Notes: generated by a model not told the origin, from the sequence alone. 64,000 nucleotides of DNA from Rhina ancylostomus (GCA_030265395.1 JARFYF010000002.1:42591086-42655085), one strand, 5' to 3'; shown: positions 11,671 to 24,700, counted from the stretch's first letter. Translations and numbers: made by a program.

Positions 11671-12239
11671 TCTTTCTTAAATCAGGAGACTAATATGATA
11701 CTCCTCTGGTCTTAGCAATGTGCTATATATCTGTAGCATAACATCCCTACCTCTGTATTTCCCTATCAAAAATAATAATATTCTGTTATTCTTCCTAATT
11801 ACGTGGTGTACCTGCATATCAATATTTTGCAAATCATATACTTTGCATTTTCAGATCTTTACAGTCTGTCACCATTTAGATAATACAGATCTCCTCTTGT
11901 TAACAAAAGGATTACATTCCTAAAGATTGATCATTATGCCAAAATTCATCAAGTGGGAGGTATTGTTTCATTATTCCTGGGGAGAAAATTGAGTTTGGAA
12001 TCTAACGCTAAGATTTTTAGTAAGCTGAAGTAAAAAGAGTGTAAACTAATATCAAAATCAAAATGTCGATTTTGTTAAAATAAAAAATGACATTTTGAAG
12101 ACAAAGAGTGAGCAAAAGCAAACATTTCCACACAAGAAGCTGGTCTGAGAGATGGACAAACAATTTATGTTTTAGGTGGTGTTGAGGGAACAAGAAGTGA
12201 CAGAAGCAGGTAAATTGGGCAATGATGTGGGTTTATCAG

Positions 12240-13155
12240 ATTACATTGATGTGAAAGATATTGGTTCAGTGGAGGCAGATCTTGATGAGTTAAGGAAGGT
12301 GTAAAGACTATTGTAATTTTCTTCATACAGCTCCCAGTAACGACAAATGCTTTGCTCAATGCTATAGACATCCCATATGCAATGTTCCATTTCAGGCTTG
12401 TTATCTTTGCAAATTGCAAAAGCCTCTTCTATTTCAGAGAAGAAATCCTTTAACTCTTTTACACTGGGATTTCCTGAAAACTCCTGCCTTTCGTCTTCCA
12501 ATTCAGCCACTCTCTGTTCCTTCATTAGCTCTTGAATGTCCTCAGTTGTAAGTTCCTCAGCGTGTGATGCATGTACCTTCTTGACTCCTTCCACGTTGAC
12601 ACCATCAATGTCTTCCTCACTTTCAGGAAAACAATGTCATTCTTGACACTGCTTACACTGGGGAAACCTCTGAAGTTATTCACTACTTCAGGCCATAAAT
12701 TTTGCCAAGTGACATTCATCACTGTTTGCTTCACTTCAACCCAGTGGTTCTCCAGTGATGACTGTAGACTTTATGGTGTACTTCTTGGATATAGCAATGA
12801 GTGAATCATCCTTCTTCTTTGCCCCAATCACATGATGCAAATAATCAGCCTTGAATGTCAAAATGTATCCCCGATCCATTGGCTGCAAGGGGATTGTAGA
12901 GTCAGGCATCAAAAATATCACCCTGATGTTACTACATGCATCAGCGACAGACTCTGAGTGACCAGGGCATTATTGATGATCAGCAAAGTCTTATTATCCA
13001 AAGTTTTCTCCCTAAGATATCATTCTTTTACACATTCGATGTAACTTCATGTAGTTGTAGTATATGCTTGCTGTCATTCAAGCCTTACTATTAGACATAA
13101 TGAACCACAGAGCTACCTTTGTTAAGCCTTTCAAATCCTTAGAGTTTTCCAATGT
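12240..13155 (-). mobile_element. Tigger/pogo-family DDE transposase pseudogene fragment
   Basis: Minus-strand pieces ENSKDLKG...SNSKA*MT (KAWMT), LLIINNA/PGH (DNAPGH), IFLMPDSTIPLQPMDRG..FKA.Y (LQPMDQG), WQNLWP and EELTTEDIQEL; frameshifted. Confidence 0.85.
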
Positions 13156-13589
13156 AGCTGATAATGTATCTGATCCAATCTGTATTGCAGATGAGTAGTC
13201 TGTTAACACAGATCAGCAGAGGGCCCATGAGAGATGAACTGATAGAGCTGGGTGTCAGTATTGCACATGGAAATATGATATCAAGACCTCAAAATGTGTT
13301 TGCCAAGAGGGGATAACAAAACAATCTTGAGGAATTCCAATGTAATGGTGTTAGGGACAAGAGAAACTGCAGGAGTCTGACCACAACTGAATAGGTAAAG
13401 GTGGAGGCAGAATTTGGACATGCAGAAGAAAAGTTGTTTACACAGTGCATGGGTAACAATGGCTAAGACTGCAGGGAGTCTAGAAGCCTGAACAAGAACA
13501 TTGTACTATGGTCACAGTCATAGTGTCTGTCACATAACTTTGATTAAATGGGTGCTTTTAATTGATTTGAAAATATGNNNNNNNNNNTT

Positions 13590-13900
13590 GACTTTGTATA
13601 TGAAATCTTTCACAACTTAAGGATACTACGAACACCTTGTGATTAATAAACTTGTTTCGTAGTGTAATGATACAGGAAAATGACCACCAACTTGTGCACA
13701 GCAAACTCCCACACACAGAGATGTGATCATTACTAATCTTTTTTTGGGATCGTAATTTAATGTGCTATGGAATTTTTTATGTTCATTTGAGAAGGTAGAA
13801 AAGGCCTCAGTAACAACATGACACTGAAGAGATGACTCCAACCCTGCAACCCCTGGACAGAGATTTGAATAAATACCTCTAACTGAGAGGCAACAATGCA
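13590..13900 (-). mobile_element. Deu-domain SINE fragment
   Basis: tttcacaacttaaggatac...gtgtaatgatacaggaaa...gcacagcaaactcccaca...gtgctatggaattttttatgttcatttgag is homologous to 3715-4105. Confidence 0.5.
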
Positions 13901-14595
13901 ACCAGCTAAGTCTTGGCTGATGCACAAGACAGGCAGGGCCTGACATGTGGAATCATTTCTGTGTGGTGGAGATGAAAACCTCATTGGAAGTTGTCATATA
14001 TGGGGTACAAGGAAGATGGGCACTGTTTTATGAAACAAATTAAGGTTTAAGGACTAGAAAAGGATGGAGGTTGGAAGTGAGACAATATTTAGAAAGAGAA
14101 CAGTTTACTTATTTGATCGTAAGCCATGATTGTTAAAATGTCACCTTGGTCCATAGACTGCAAGAAGATTGTGGTTTTATGCAGCAAAAATATCACCCTG
14201 ATATTGCTACATGCATCAGTAACAGACTGAATCAGAGGATTTTTGAGGATCATTCATACACATTTTGGATCATTCATACATATTTTTCATTGAACCTACA
14301 CAGATTAATGCAAAATGTACAATATAACATGTAAAGTTACCAAAACTGAACAAAATAAATATTAACAGAGTGTCTTGAGTATGTAGTCTTACTTCACTTG
14401 CATTTAAAGCAGGCTGCAGTTGAAATCTGTGCCATGGAGAGTTCTGAAAAACTTTCAAGTGGATCAGAATGAGCTTTTTTAATGACTCGTTATTATTTTT
14501 AATGTTAAATATAACAGAGAGCCTAAAGCTATTTCAGTAACCTTAAATTTAATTTGCCTTCAGCTGTTGACCTGAGGGCAACAAAGAGCTGTGAC

Positions 14596-14845
14596 TGTAA
14601 AACAAAATCTGCAGATGCTGAAAATCCAAAATTAAAACAGAAAATGGTGGAGATACTTAATGGCTCAGGCAGCATCTCTGGGCGGAGAAAAACAGTTTCA
14701 AGTCAATGTCCTTTTATCACAACTCACGTTGAATGGTCAAGTAAGATTTTGATCAAGAGATCAACCTGAAATGTTAATTCGGTTTCTCTCTCCATAGATA
14801 CTGCCTGACTTGCTCAGTTTCCCCAGCACTTTCTATTTTTTTTAT
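14596..14845. repeat. Inverted pair of Penelope-type terminal repeat fragments
   Basis: The left arm aaaacagaaaatggtggagatact...caggcagcatctctgg mirrors the right arm ccatagatactgcctgacttgctcagtttccccagcactttctatttt. Confidence 0.55.
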
Positions 14846-15859
14846 TAAAGAGTTGCAACTGTTGTCTCTGTATCATCTTAAACTCATAACAGTTTTACCT
14901 TTATACATGCAGCACCAGCTTTGCTGGTGAGATTTTTGACAGATGAGTAATGGGTTTGTGGCAGATTAAACAGTTTCTGCCACCAGTTGTGCCACTGATA
15001 GGATATGTCACTGGAAGGTGCATTCACTGACCACCATCACACATGTCAGTTCACTGAGGTTATTGCAGCACTGCATACGACTCTTGGGGCCTGACTCTGC
15101 ACATTGATCACTTTGCTCTTCACTCTTGTTGCCTTCTGCAGCAGCCTCCTCACCACCATTACACAAGATAGTTGCTGTGTGGACTGAATCAAAAGCTGTG
15201 GATGTAAAGTAATCATGCATGGCAATCTGTGCTCCATTTTGGGCAATTTATATCACTCCCTGAAGGTATGGATCTCAGTCCTATGATATATGGGTAACAC
15301 CTTTTTCTTAAGTCACACAGTATCCCTGATATATTTGAAAACTTCTCCATATGTCACACGAATGTTACCTTAGATATATAATAAAGTCAAGGTATCTTAT
15401 GATTGTAATAATCACCTAGGTCAAATGGCAATGGTTTTCACCTCATTTTCAGAAGCATCTCTGCCTTCACTATTTCAAGATTTATTCTAAATTTTTCTGT
15501 GACATTCATGATATTGAGATCATCAGTGCCTAAGAACTGGGGTATATGATGTTCAACTGCCCTGCCCAGAACCTAACCCAGTTTTACTGTTTTAGCCTGT
15601 GTCAATTTAGCCTTAGTCGAGACATGAATGATCCTTAACAATGTTTGAGTTCACAGTCAAAAGGATGCTAAGAATGGCAAAAATCCAGCAGACGACTCTA
15701 AATATCATAATTTTTTTAAACTCTGTTTTTGTCCAAATGCTGAAAAATGACTGCATATGCATATATTCCAATCTGAGCTCCAGTACACTATACACTCATC
15801 CTTATATTCATATAGATTTATAACCATACTTTTAGGCACTCTGGCCTGCATACCAGAGG

Positions 15860-16880
15860 GTTCAAACAGGTCCCTCCTGCATGACCCCAATGTCAAGATT
15901 GGAAGCAAAATAATCTTCTGGCAATGTGTGATTGGTAAATAATGAGAACTTCAATGAAGTCATCCTCCTAGTAAAATATCTGGAGCACAGTCTTGTCAAA
16001 CCAACACCCTGTCACAATGTTGATCCAGAGCAAACTCACAGAGAACCCAAATGCAGCACACTGATATAAGACTGGAGTCAGGATANNNNNNNNNNNNNNN
16101 NNNNNNNNNNNNNNNNNNNNNNNNNNNNNNNNNNNNNNNNNNNNNNNNNNNNNNNNNNNNNNNNNNNNNNNNNNNNNNNNNNNNNTGGAATCCATGTGCT
16201 GGACAACAAGGCATTAATGGAGCCAAATTGAGGGCCAGAACTCAGAACCATGACACACCCAGTTTCACCATACAGGAAAGAAAAGGATGTCCTAACAACA
16301 AACTGTGATCTGGCACTGGAAACCAGTGATGTTATGTCATTGTCCAACCAAGGAACTCCATATCACCCATGCTATGGCCAGGGGACAGTGACTTTTGGAG
16401 TGGCCACCTTGCAATCCATTCTGTTATCTCCATCATCCTGATTTCAAAACAAAAGGGGCATCAGAGTATTGCTGCAAGAAAATCAGTGTTGAAAGTTTCA
16501 AACGTGCTGCATGGATAAAACTTCTCAGCCATAGGAGCCACAGAGTGCCAAGACTGCACTGAAGTCTCCTATAATTGGCACCTTTCAGAGCCTCCTGGTT
16601 TCTCAGCTGAAAAACACCAGGACTGGTCTGATCAGAATGATAAGGAGATCCAAGAGTTAATTCATCCCGAAACTTGTTCTTGGATTGGAAACTTCACCCT
16701 GCCCACCAGAAAAGAATCTAACTCTACAGACTGAGCTGCAATAAAAATCTATGGCTTGCAGAATGGACGGTGGTGGAAAGGGTGCCAGAAATGCAGCAAT
16801 GTATCAAAAACAAGTGTGGATTCTTCAGCACTGTGAAGTCCATCTCTGGTGCAAAAACACAAGGGCTACCCTCACAGGTG
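15860..16880 (+). mobile_element. RTE-clade LINE fragment interrupted by a solo-LTR-like insert
   Basis: Remnants LLHDPNVKIG (GDFNARVG), LLVKYLEHSL..TNT, ITHAM..G.DFWSGH (CWTDH) and GFFSTVKSISG..QG, typical of the RTE endonuclease and linker. Confidence 0.65.
16010..16255 (-). mobile_element. Solo-LTR-like element, family A (internal N-gap)
   Basis: Termini TGTCA...TGACA with an exact 5-bp TSD CACCC (16005-16009 and 16256-16260); reverse complement of 37121-37376. Strand is given relative to that copy. Confidence 0.8.
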
Positions 16881-16918
16881 TTATGGACTAGGTTACAATT
16901 AGTGAGGTTCCTTTTAGA

Positions 16919-16920
<2 letters not shown>

Positions 16921-16950
<30 letters not shown>
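16921..16950. repeat. (GT)15 microsatellite
   Basis: Read directly from the sequence. Confidence 0.95.
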
Positions 16951-16952
<2 letters not shown>

Positions 16953-18249
16953 CATGCTTACGTCAACAGAAGATAAAGAACTTCATGAGGTTGTTGTTGT
17001 TGAAACAACCAGTTGGAGTCAGTCTGAAGGAGAGAGAGAGACACCAGCCTGCTTTTTTTCTCTGTTGATGGATGAGAAACAATAACTGTGACTGTCACTG
17101 CAATCCACGTATGNNNNNNNNNNNNNNNNNNNNNNNNNNNNNNNNNNNNNNNNNNNNNNNNNNNNNNNNNNNNNNNNNNNNNNNNNNNNNNNNNNNNNNN
17201 NNNNNNNNNNNNNNNNNNNNNNNNNNNNNNNNNNNNNNNNNNNNNNNNNNNNNNNNNNNNNNNNNNNNNNNNNNNNNNNNNNNNNNNNNNNNNNNNNNNN
17301 NNNNNNNNNNNNNNNNNNNNNNNNNNNNNNNNNNNNNNNNNNNNNNNNNNNNNNNNNNNNNNNNNNNNNNNNNNNNNNNNNNNNNNNNNNNNNNNNNNNN
17401 NNNNNNNNNNNNNNNNNNNNNNNNNNNNNNNNNNNNNNNNNNNNNNNNNNNNNNNNNNNNNNNNNNNNNNNNNNNNNNNNNNNNNNNNNNNNNNNNNNNN
17501 NNNNNNNNNNNNNNNNNNNNNNNNNNNNNNNNNNNNNNNNNNNNNNNNNNNNNNNNNNNNNNNNNNNNNNNNNNNNNNNNNNNNNNNNNNNNNNNNNNNN
17601 NNNNNNNNNNNNNNNNNNNNNNNNNNNNNNNNNNNNNNNNNNNNNNNNNNNNNNNNNNNNNNNNNNNNNNNNNNNNNNNNNNNNNNNNNNNNNNNNNNNN
17701 NNNNNNNNNNNNNNNNNNNNNNNNNNNNNNNNNNNNNNNNNNNNNNNNNNNNNNNNNNNNNNNNNNNNNNNNNNNNNNNNNNNNNNNNNNNNNNNNNNNN
17801 NNNNNNNNNNNNNNNNNNNNNNNNNNNNNNNNNNNNNNNNNNNNNNNNNNNNNNNNNNNNNNNNNNNNNNNNNNNNNNNNNNNNNNNNNNNNNNNNNNNN
17901 NNNNNNNNNNNNNNNNNNNNNNNNNNNNNCCACATGCTGCTCGATCTGCTGAGTGTTGCCAGCATTTTTGTGGTTTTTTTGTCCCCAGAATCCTGAGGAC
18001 TGAAGTAGAAGCAACTCATCCCGAACCCCAAGGGACTACGCGGGCATGAGGTAACTTTGCACATGGAAAAGCTGTGCATGACAATAATTGGGAGGACCGA
18101 CAATGGAAGGCAATAGATAGGTGTACACAATTGGACATTTGCACGGTTAACTAAAGTTTCTCATGAAATCGTTTTACGTATGCGCGTATGCTAAAACGAA
18201 CATTACAAGAACTTGACTGATATTGCTAAAGAAAGTGTTAACATAACCC

Positions 18250-18664
18250 GCCTTGTCATGTTTTCGGAGGCCTCTGGTGTTTACAAAGACCAGGCGATGT
18301 GATTAGAAGAATGATGTTGCTGCGAGGTGTGAAGGAAACATGGTTGGAGTTGGCTGGCTGTTCGTATTTGCGCCCCTTATCCCTTCTTCGAGCTGGTTGG
18401 AGCCCTGGTAAATCGAGAGGGGCTGCGTTAGGGAGACGTTCACTGACGTCGCGCCGCACCGCGTCCCATTTAAATGTTTGGTGTTGCTTTTTGTACTTAG
18501 TCGGGTCGGAGAGGGTGAGAGAGACAGGAGGGCTCGGGGCTACACGGCGGAATTCTGCTTTTAGTCCAAAGCAGCGATGTTCGCGCACACTGGACACGAT
18601 CGCCCGTGAAGTATCGCCCGTAGTCTCCCTCGTCGTGTCCCTGTTGGTGACTCCAGCCTTCGCC
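18250..18664 (+). promoter_or_regulatory. VGLL2 CpG-rich promoter and 5' UTR
   Basis: Dense CpG just upstream of the ATG, a CRE-like TGACGTC(G) at 18444-18450 and a TATA-like ATTTAAAT at 18468-18475. The TSS cannot be determined from sequence. Confidence 0.6.
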
Positions 18665-18745
18665 ATGAGCTGTCTGGATGTTATGTATCAAGTGTATGGT
18701 CCTCAGCCTTATTTTGCAGCAGCGTACACTCCTTACCATCACCAG
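18665..18745 (+). CDS. VGLL2: VGLL2 coding exon 1 (27 codons)
   Basis: Start context gccATGa; encodes MSCLDVMYQVYGPQPYFAAAYTPYHHQ; donor CAG|GTATGT at 18746, phase 0. Confidence 0.96.
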
Positions 18746-21700
18746 GTATGTTTGGTTAGGCAATAATCAATCTATTTTTGCTGCATTGTATTCCGCTAAC
18801 TCGCTGAATTAAAAATTGGAGTTAATCACTCTGAGATATATTATTGGGCTTAGATATACCGTTTGGAACGGTCCCTCGGTACTGCTCAGTCCCGGGGCAT
18901 TCCAAGTATCCAACCGTTGTTCTTCAGTCCATGCGTTCCTCGGTTTGCAATGAAGTAGTTTTGACTTTTGCTTTGACTTTTCGCCGCAGCAAGACAGAAG
19001 CTCTCCCCCCCCCCCCCCCCACTCCGCCTCTGACGGCAAATATCCATCTCCAGGCACGGAGTTTATTTAGCTAACTGTGATCCCGCATTTGCAACAGTGG
19101 TGTCTCCTAAGGGACATTTTAACATGCAACTGCACCTGGAAAGTGTGTGATTTGAAAATATTCAGCGCTCGATGAACCCATCAAGAAATGTCGTGGCCAG
19201 TCAGATATTTATTGCTTTTGAATGCGGTTATATAATGCGTAGAATTGAAAGAAATCGCGTGACCATAAGTCATTGAGGACCGTATAAGTTATCATTTATT
19301 AATAGGTTTCAAACTATAGTATCCTTACAGCCTCCTGGGAGTCCCGATGGCTCGCTTCATGTTTTGTTGAGCCGCAGAATTAGTTGCTTCACGTGGTGCT
19401 ATAATTGCAACTTTCCCTCTTTTGCAGAAATTAGCCTTTTACTCGAAAATGCAAGAGGCGGCGGACAGCACGAACATCAGTGGAACATTTTCTGTGCACG
19501 GCTCTGCCATCAAAGAGGAAGACTCGGCCAGCGAGAAAGAGCGTCCACCTGAAGCGGAATACCTCAGCTCCCGCTGCGTCCTCTTCACATACTTCCAGGG
19601 TGACATTAGCAGTGTTGTTGATGAACATTTCACAAGGGCACTGAGCCAGCCCAGCAGTTACACTCCTGCCAGCAGCGGCTCCAAATCCTCGAGAGGAAGT
19701 ACGAGTTCTTGGAGAGGTGGGTCCGGTGCTCGCCTTAAATTAACTGCCAATAACTTATAATAACAATCGGGTATCAGAAAAGCAGAGGTTTTATTTCGTG
19801 CATCAATAATCCTGTGGTGCTACATAAAATTACTGAAATCATTGCACGAAACTGTCTATGTGGGAATTTGTGCTTAATTTGGGGAGTTATGCTCTTTTGT
19901 ATGACTACGAACCAAGGAAACTTGGCTTGTTGTATTAGCGGCAGCAGGATCTTTTCATCCTTGCACTAATCGTGTATTGGACCTGATGCCTTCAAACGAC
20001 ATATTCGGCTGGTTTCCCAGTGGTAGTGTTGTTCTGCAGCAGGAACAAAGGTTAGGGGGAGAGGGGGAGGTGGGGAACTGGACCCGTTTCTCGAGATTCC
20101 CGCGGCATATCTTCGTTTTACTTCGGGTGCATTAAAACCGTGAACATGTTGCTTCATTGTGTTTCACGGAGTTAGATGGTTAACAGCGCAACTGTTGCCT
20201 GAAAGCTGCCAACATCTACCTTCTCATTCACTTCTGCCATTGGATCTGTCTGGAAGTAGAAATCCGTTTCGCCCTCATNNNNNNNNNNNNNNNNTCCAAA
20301 CAAATTCTTCAAAGATTTAGCGAAATCTGCAGATTGCAATACAAGCCTTAACGCCGATATAGATCTCGGCATTATAAAGTGTGGTAGTTATTGAATTTAG
20401 ATGAAGAATAATAGTTAGCAGTGCGGCTTTATTCTATCGTTTTCTTACAATTCGCTCTCATACCATACCGATATCACTGTTTGCAAACTAAATATGGGTT
20501 CAATGTCACAGTGGCCAGACCTACTCCCGATTTCAACTTTTCCCGATTGCCATAAATAACTTTAACCTATCAATTTTGAAACCTAAAATGTGTAATAAAC
20601 CGGTCCTGTTGCGTAAACTTTCTATTTCTGAAGGTTCCATTCTCAATGCCTTTCCAGTGCATTGCATTTTTAAATAAATTCGTTCAAATTACTTGAAAAT
20701 TAAACGATACCTTGATATCATTACAATTAGTTTTGGTAACATAGAAAACTGTAATTCAAAATACTGTTCAAAATTCAAATTACTTCTCGTTTTATTTTGG
20801 AATTTTGAAAAGTGTAAATGTGGCATTCTATGAGTACATGTGACCATATCTTGGTCAGAAATTAATTTATTTTGAAAGACTAAATTATGTTCCCAGCAGA
20901 ACCATTGAATCGTGTTTCATCTGTTTGTCATTTGCCTTTACTTAAAAACTTTAAAAATATAAAGTGCAAACAAATTTAAATATTACTTCCTGCAGTATAA
21001 TCAGAATGCAACAAATATTCTCAAGTGCTGTTTAGTTTTGGCTTTTGTACCATATTTTGCTACAAATGTTCTCTGTTTCCACCAAATACTTCTGCTAACA
21101 ATGTTATAGTAACTTCTATTTCCTTGGAATGCTTTAACTAGGAAATAAAAATAATTCTGCCGACCATACTTAAGATTTATCCTCAGTGAGAGAAAAACTA
21201 TTGTGTATTGTTAAAACAACAAAATGAAAATAACAATTCCCTCATCCAGGAGATGGTGTAGGATGTCTTATTCTAATTCTTTTACAATGTGAATGTATAT
21301 AATTTTGTTGCTGATGAGAAATGGTTGATTTTATTTGAAGATTTTTTATAAATGTTGATTAGAATCACTGCTACTGATAATTAGTAGCAATTTTCTTATC
21401 TTCTCTTTTACAGAAGGAACCTTCCCAATGAACCAACGGGGTTTTCCTCCTTCTTTCTGGAACAGCACTTACCAGCCCTCTATGTCTGCAAGCTTAAGTA
21501 GCAGTCTAGGTAATGCCCTAGCAGGAGCTCCCTCTGAGCTACCCTTTGGAGCTGACCCATATTCAAGTGCCTCTTTGCACACACATCTGCATCAAGGAGC
21601 CCCCGAGCCCTGGCACCACCATCACTACTCATTGGGAAGTGCCATCAGTACACAGAGCTCTGTCTACACGCGGCCCAGTATGCATGATGTATATGGGGTT

Positions 21701-24700
21701 GGTGCACCTTTTGACCCACGCTACAGTTCACTATTGGTACCTTCAGTGAGGCCACACAGGCTTCCTGCTGTCCCCACACCCCAATGTGACCTGGCAAAGA
21801 GTGACACGGCCTCTGCATGGACCACAGGGGCCTTTACAGGGCCCTCCACTGACATGAGCCAAACCCTCAACATCAATGTGGATGCAGGTAAATATTTTGA
21901 AAGAAGTGCATGCAGAGGTCAAAAAACAGAAAAGGTTCCAAAAGCTGAAACTGCTTGTTTTCTGTTGGGCATAGAAATAATCTATTAAAAGAGCGGGGTA
22001 TTTTTGAATTGTCATATCTAACAGACAGAATAACGTTGATGTAGCATAGAGAAATCAACAGCAACCAAAAACTGCAGTTGTTCTGTCAGCAGTCCATTCA
22101 GAATTGAACTATACAAACCAGAAAAGTTCTAGGTATAAATTCACTGACCTCGACGCTGATGAGACAGGAGTGCTAAGACTGGCTTCAGCACCCTGTTGTT
22201 AGCGGCCTTTAAAGAGGCCCCTGCTGGAAATCAGATTGTGACATGAAGGCAGAATTAGACCGAGATGTTGTATTTTTTCACAATAAAACAACGCATTTTC
22301 ACATATTTTAATTCANNNNNNNNNNNNNNNNNGCAGGTGAGAAGGGGCAATAGCCACGCAAGTAATAACCATCTCCAACAAGAAAGAGTCTAGCATATCC
22401 TCAGCATTAATATCCTGGAGACCATTAATGACTAGAAGGATAACTAGATCAACTTCATAAATAATGTGTGTACAAACACCCAGGTATTCTTTGGGAAATG
22501 CTGTAGGTCCTTTTCTCACAGTGCATTTCCACATGTTCAGGAATGTGATGGAGTACAAAGACAGCAAGCATTTGGGAATTCCACCATCTGCAAATTCACC
22601 TTCAATTCATCCACTATCTTTCTTGAAAATATATCCCTATTCCTTCAACACTGCTGAGTTAAAATCTTGCAACCTTGTAGTTAATGCCACATTGTAACTA
22701 ATGGGCTGGATTTCCCTGGACTTGACCTGTGCTTCACGTTTGTCATGGGATCACATACCTTGGCAACTTCACAGCTCCTAACATCCTCTAGGTATCACTG
22801 ACACAGCTCCCCAGACTATCAGTGGCCACCATGTGTCACCTGAGCTGTTAGTGGCTAAAACCATGGAGCATCCTGCTGGCCTTCTGACCGTTCATGCAGT
22901 TGAAGATCATTTCTACTGTTTCTAAATGTCATTGGTGATTAGGAATGCATAGAAACAGTGGGAAAATATGCATGATTATTAAAAATATTTTTAAATGTAA
23001 TATATTAAATGCAAGTAAGTTATATAAATTAATCAAAAGGACTTATATTAATTAAAGTTTTAAAACATTCTCAACTACTCTTTCAGAGCCAGTTGATGAC
23101 ATTCATAGATATTCACAGTGTATCCAGCCACCCACCTCTGGACATCATGGAACATCCCTGGACTCAACATTGAGTCTAGGGTGGAGAGGTCAGATGCACT
23201 AGCAGTAACATCTGACCTCCAGTTCATTCCACATTTTGACACTGGAGAAATTCAGAAAGCACTGGTGTGCANNNNNNTTAGCCATCAGCATGGTCTGGCT
23301 CAATCTTACCAATTTTAAGCTAAAGCATTTGAATGCATACTAAATATATAAAGTTAGATACTGTGAAGCACATTACTGGAGCATCCTCAGTCTGTGATGC
23401 ATCCCAAGAATGGATGTAAACAAACATATTCATATTCAGGAGATTCTACAAAGGTTTAGTCTAACTATGGTTTTGTATTGACCAGTGCTGATTGATGTAG
23501 CTGGGGAAACTTTTCAGTCATATTAAAAGGGGGAAGCATTCTAACCAATTGAAATATGAAATAAAGGCACCAGAATTAATAGACCTGCCAAGAGCTGAAG
23601 GAAAAATGTATTTTAAAAAATCTTGTTTGAGTAACTGGACATTAAAATAAATGTTCCTTAATAATCTTAAAGCATGGTTTTCCATTAGTCTGTGGAGATA
23701 AGCAACTTGTAGTCCAATTAGCATTTCAAACAATTATGTGTTTATTGAGATGGACATCCAAGGAAACAATTGCATCAATCCATGGAATTAACTAATCAAA
23801 TATGATAGAAAAATCATGATAATAAAGATGCATTTAAATTTAAAGCTAAAATAATCAGAAATTGCACTGTTAGTCTCCATGGAAATAAACTTATCAAAGC
23901 ATTGTCAGGTATTATACAACTGGAGATGACAGTAGAAAAAGTGTTATGAATTTTTTATGTTTCCCTATGGATATTTTAGTTGTCAATCCACATGGATTGA
24001 GGCAGGAACAATAACACGATGTATTAGAATGTTTTTTCCTCCACTTACAAAGAACAACACATGATGTCATAATGAAAAGTTCAGAGAATTATTATGCTCC
24101 TATTAGTTACCAAAAACAAAGCATATTATGAAATCCTGCTGATGAAAGTGTTGATTTACAGTTGAATGTTTATGAGTGAAGGAGAGTATGATGAAACCTT
24201 GAGAGGTAATGTGTCAGGACTTCAAAACTTTGTTGATCAGTATCATATTGTTTAAACTGATTGGAAAAAAAATCAGTATAGTGAGTCATGTACAAGGAGA
24301 GATTAACCAATGAAAAACACAATGATGCTGGAGGAACTCAGCAGGACAGGCAGCATCTGTGGAGAAAAGCAGGCGGTCAATGTTTTGGGTCAGGACCCTT
24401 CTTCAGGACTGAAAATAGGAAAAGGGGAAGCCCAATATAAAGGAGGGAAAAGTAGTGATAGGTGGACAAAAGAGGGGAGACAGGGTGGGCAGAGGGTGGT
24501 GATAGGTAGATGCAGTTAAGAGATAGTGATAGGCTGGTGCAGTGGAGGAGAGGAGATCAGATCCACCGGGGTATGGGTCAAAGGTGAGGAGAGAGAAAAA
24601 AAGAGGTAGAAAAAAGAGAGAGAGGCTAGGAAAGGGAAGAAAAGAAGCATGGTTGCAGGGGGGAGGCAATTGTGTGCTGAATTCAATTAATCAGTTAATG

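Noticed and set aside
14247-14286. 20-bp tandem duplication (ggatcattcataca...), with similar two-unit repeats near 38110 and 44668
   Set aside because: Ordinary slippage duplications with only two units; not an array or CRISPR-like structure.
16958-18130. Long ORFs in the ORF track here and at 54091-55202, 31703-32250, 35158-35814 and 1249-1861
   Set aside because: Artefacts of translating through N-gaps.
18299-18664. In-frame open reading upstream of the VGLL2 ATG (ATG at 18311, a possible 118-aa extension)
   Set aside because: It runs through the putative core promoter and shows no resemblance to known VGLL2 N-termini, which begin at MSCLDV. GC-rich DNA often lacks stop codons.
18256-18666. 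136-aa antisense ORF over the promoter
   Set aside because: No recognisable homology; expected by chance in CpG-island sequence.
19717-19760. Read-through tail of the exon 2 ORF (and likewise the exon 3 ORF to 21988)
   Set aside because: Similarity to VGLL2 stops exactly at strong GT donors, so these tails are intronic.
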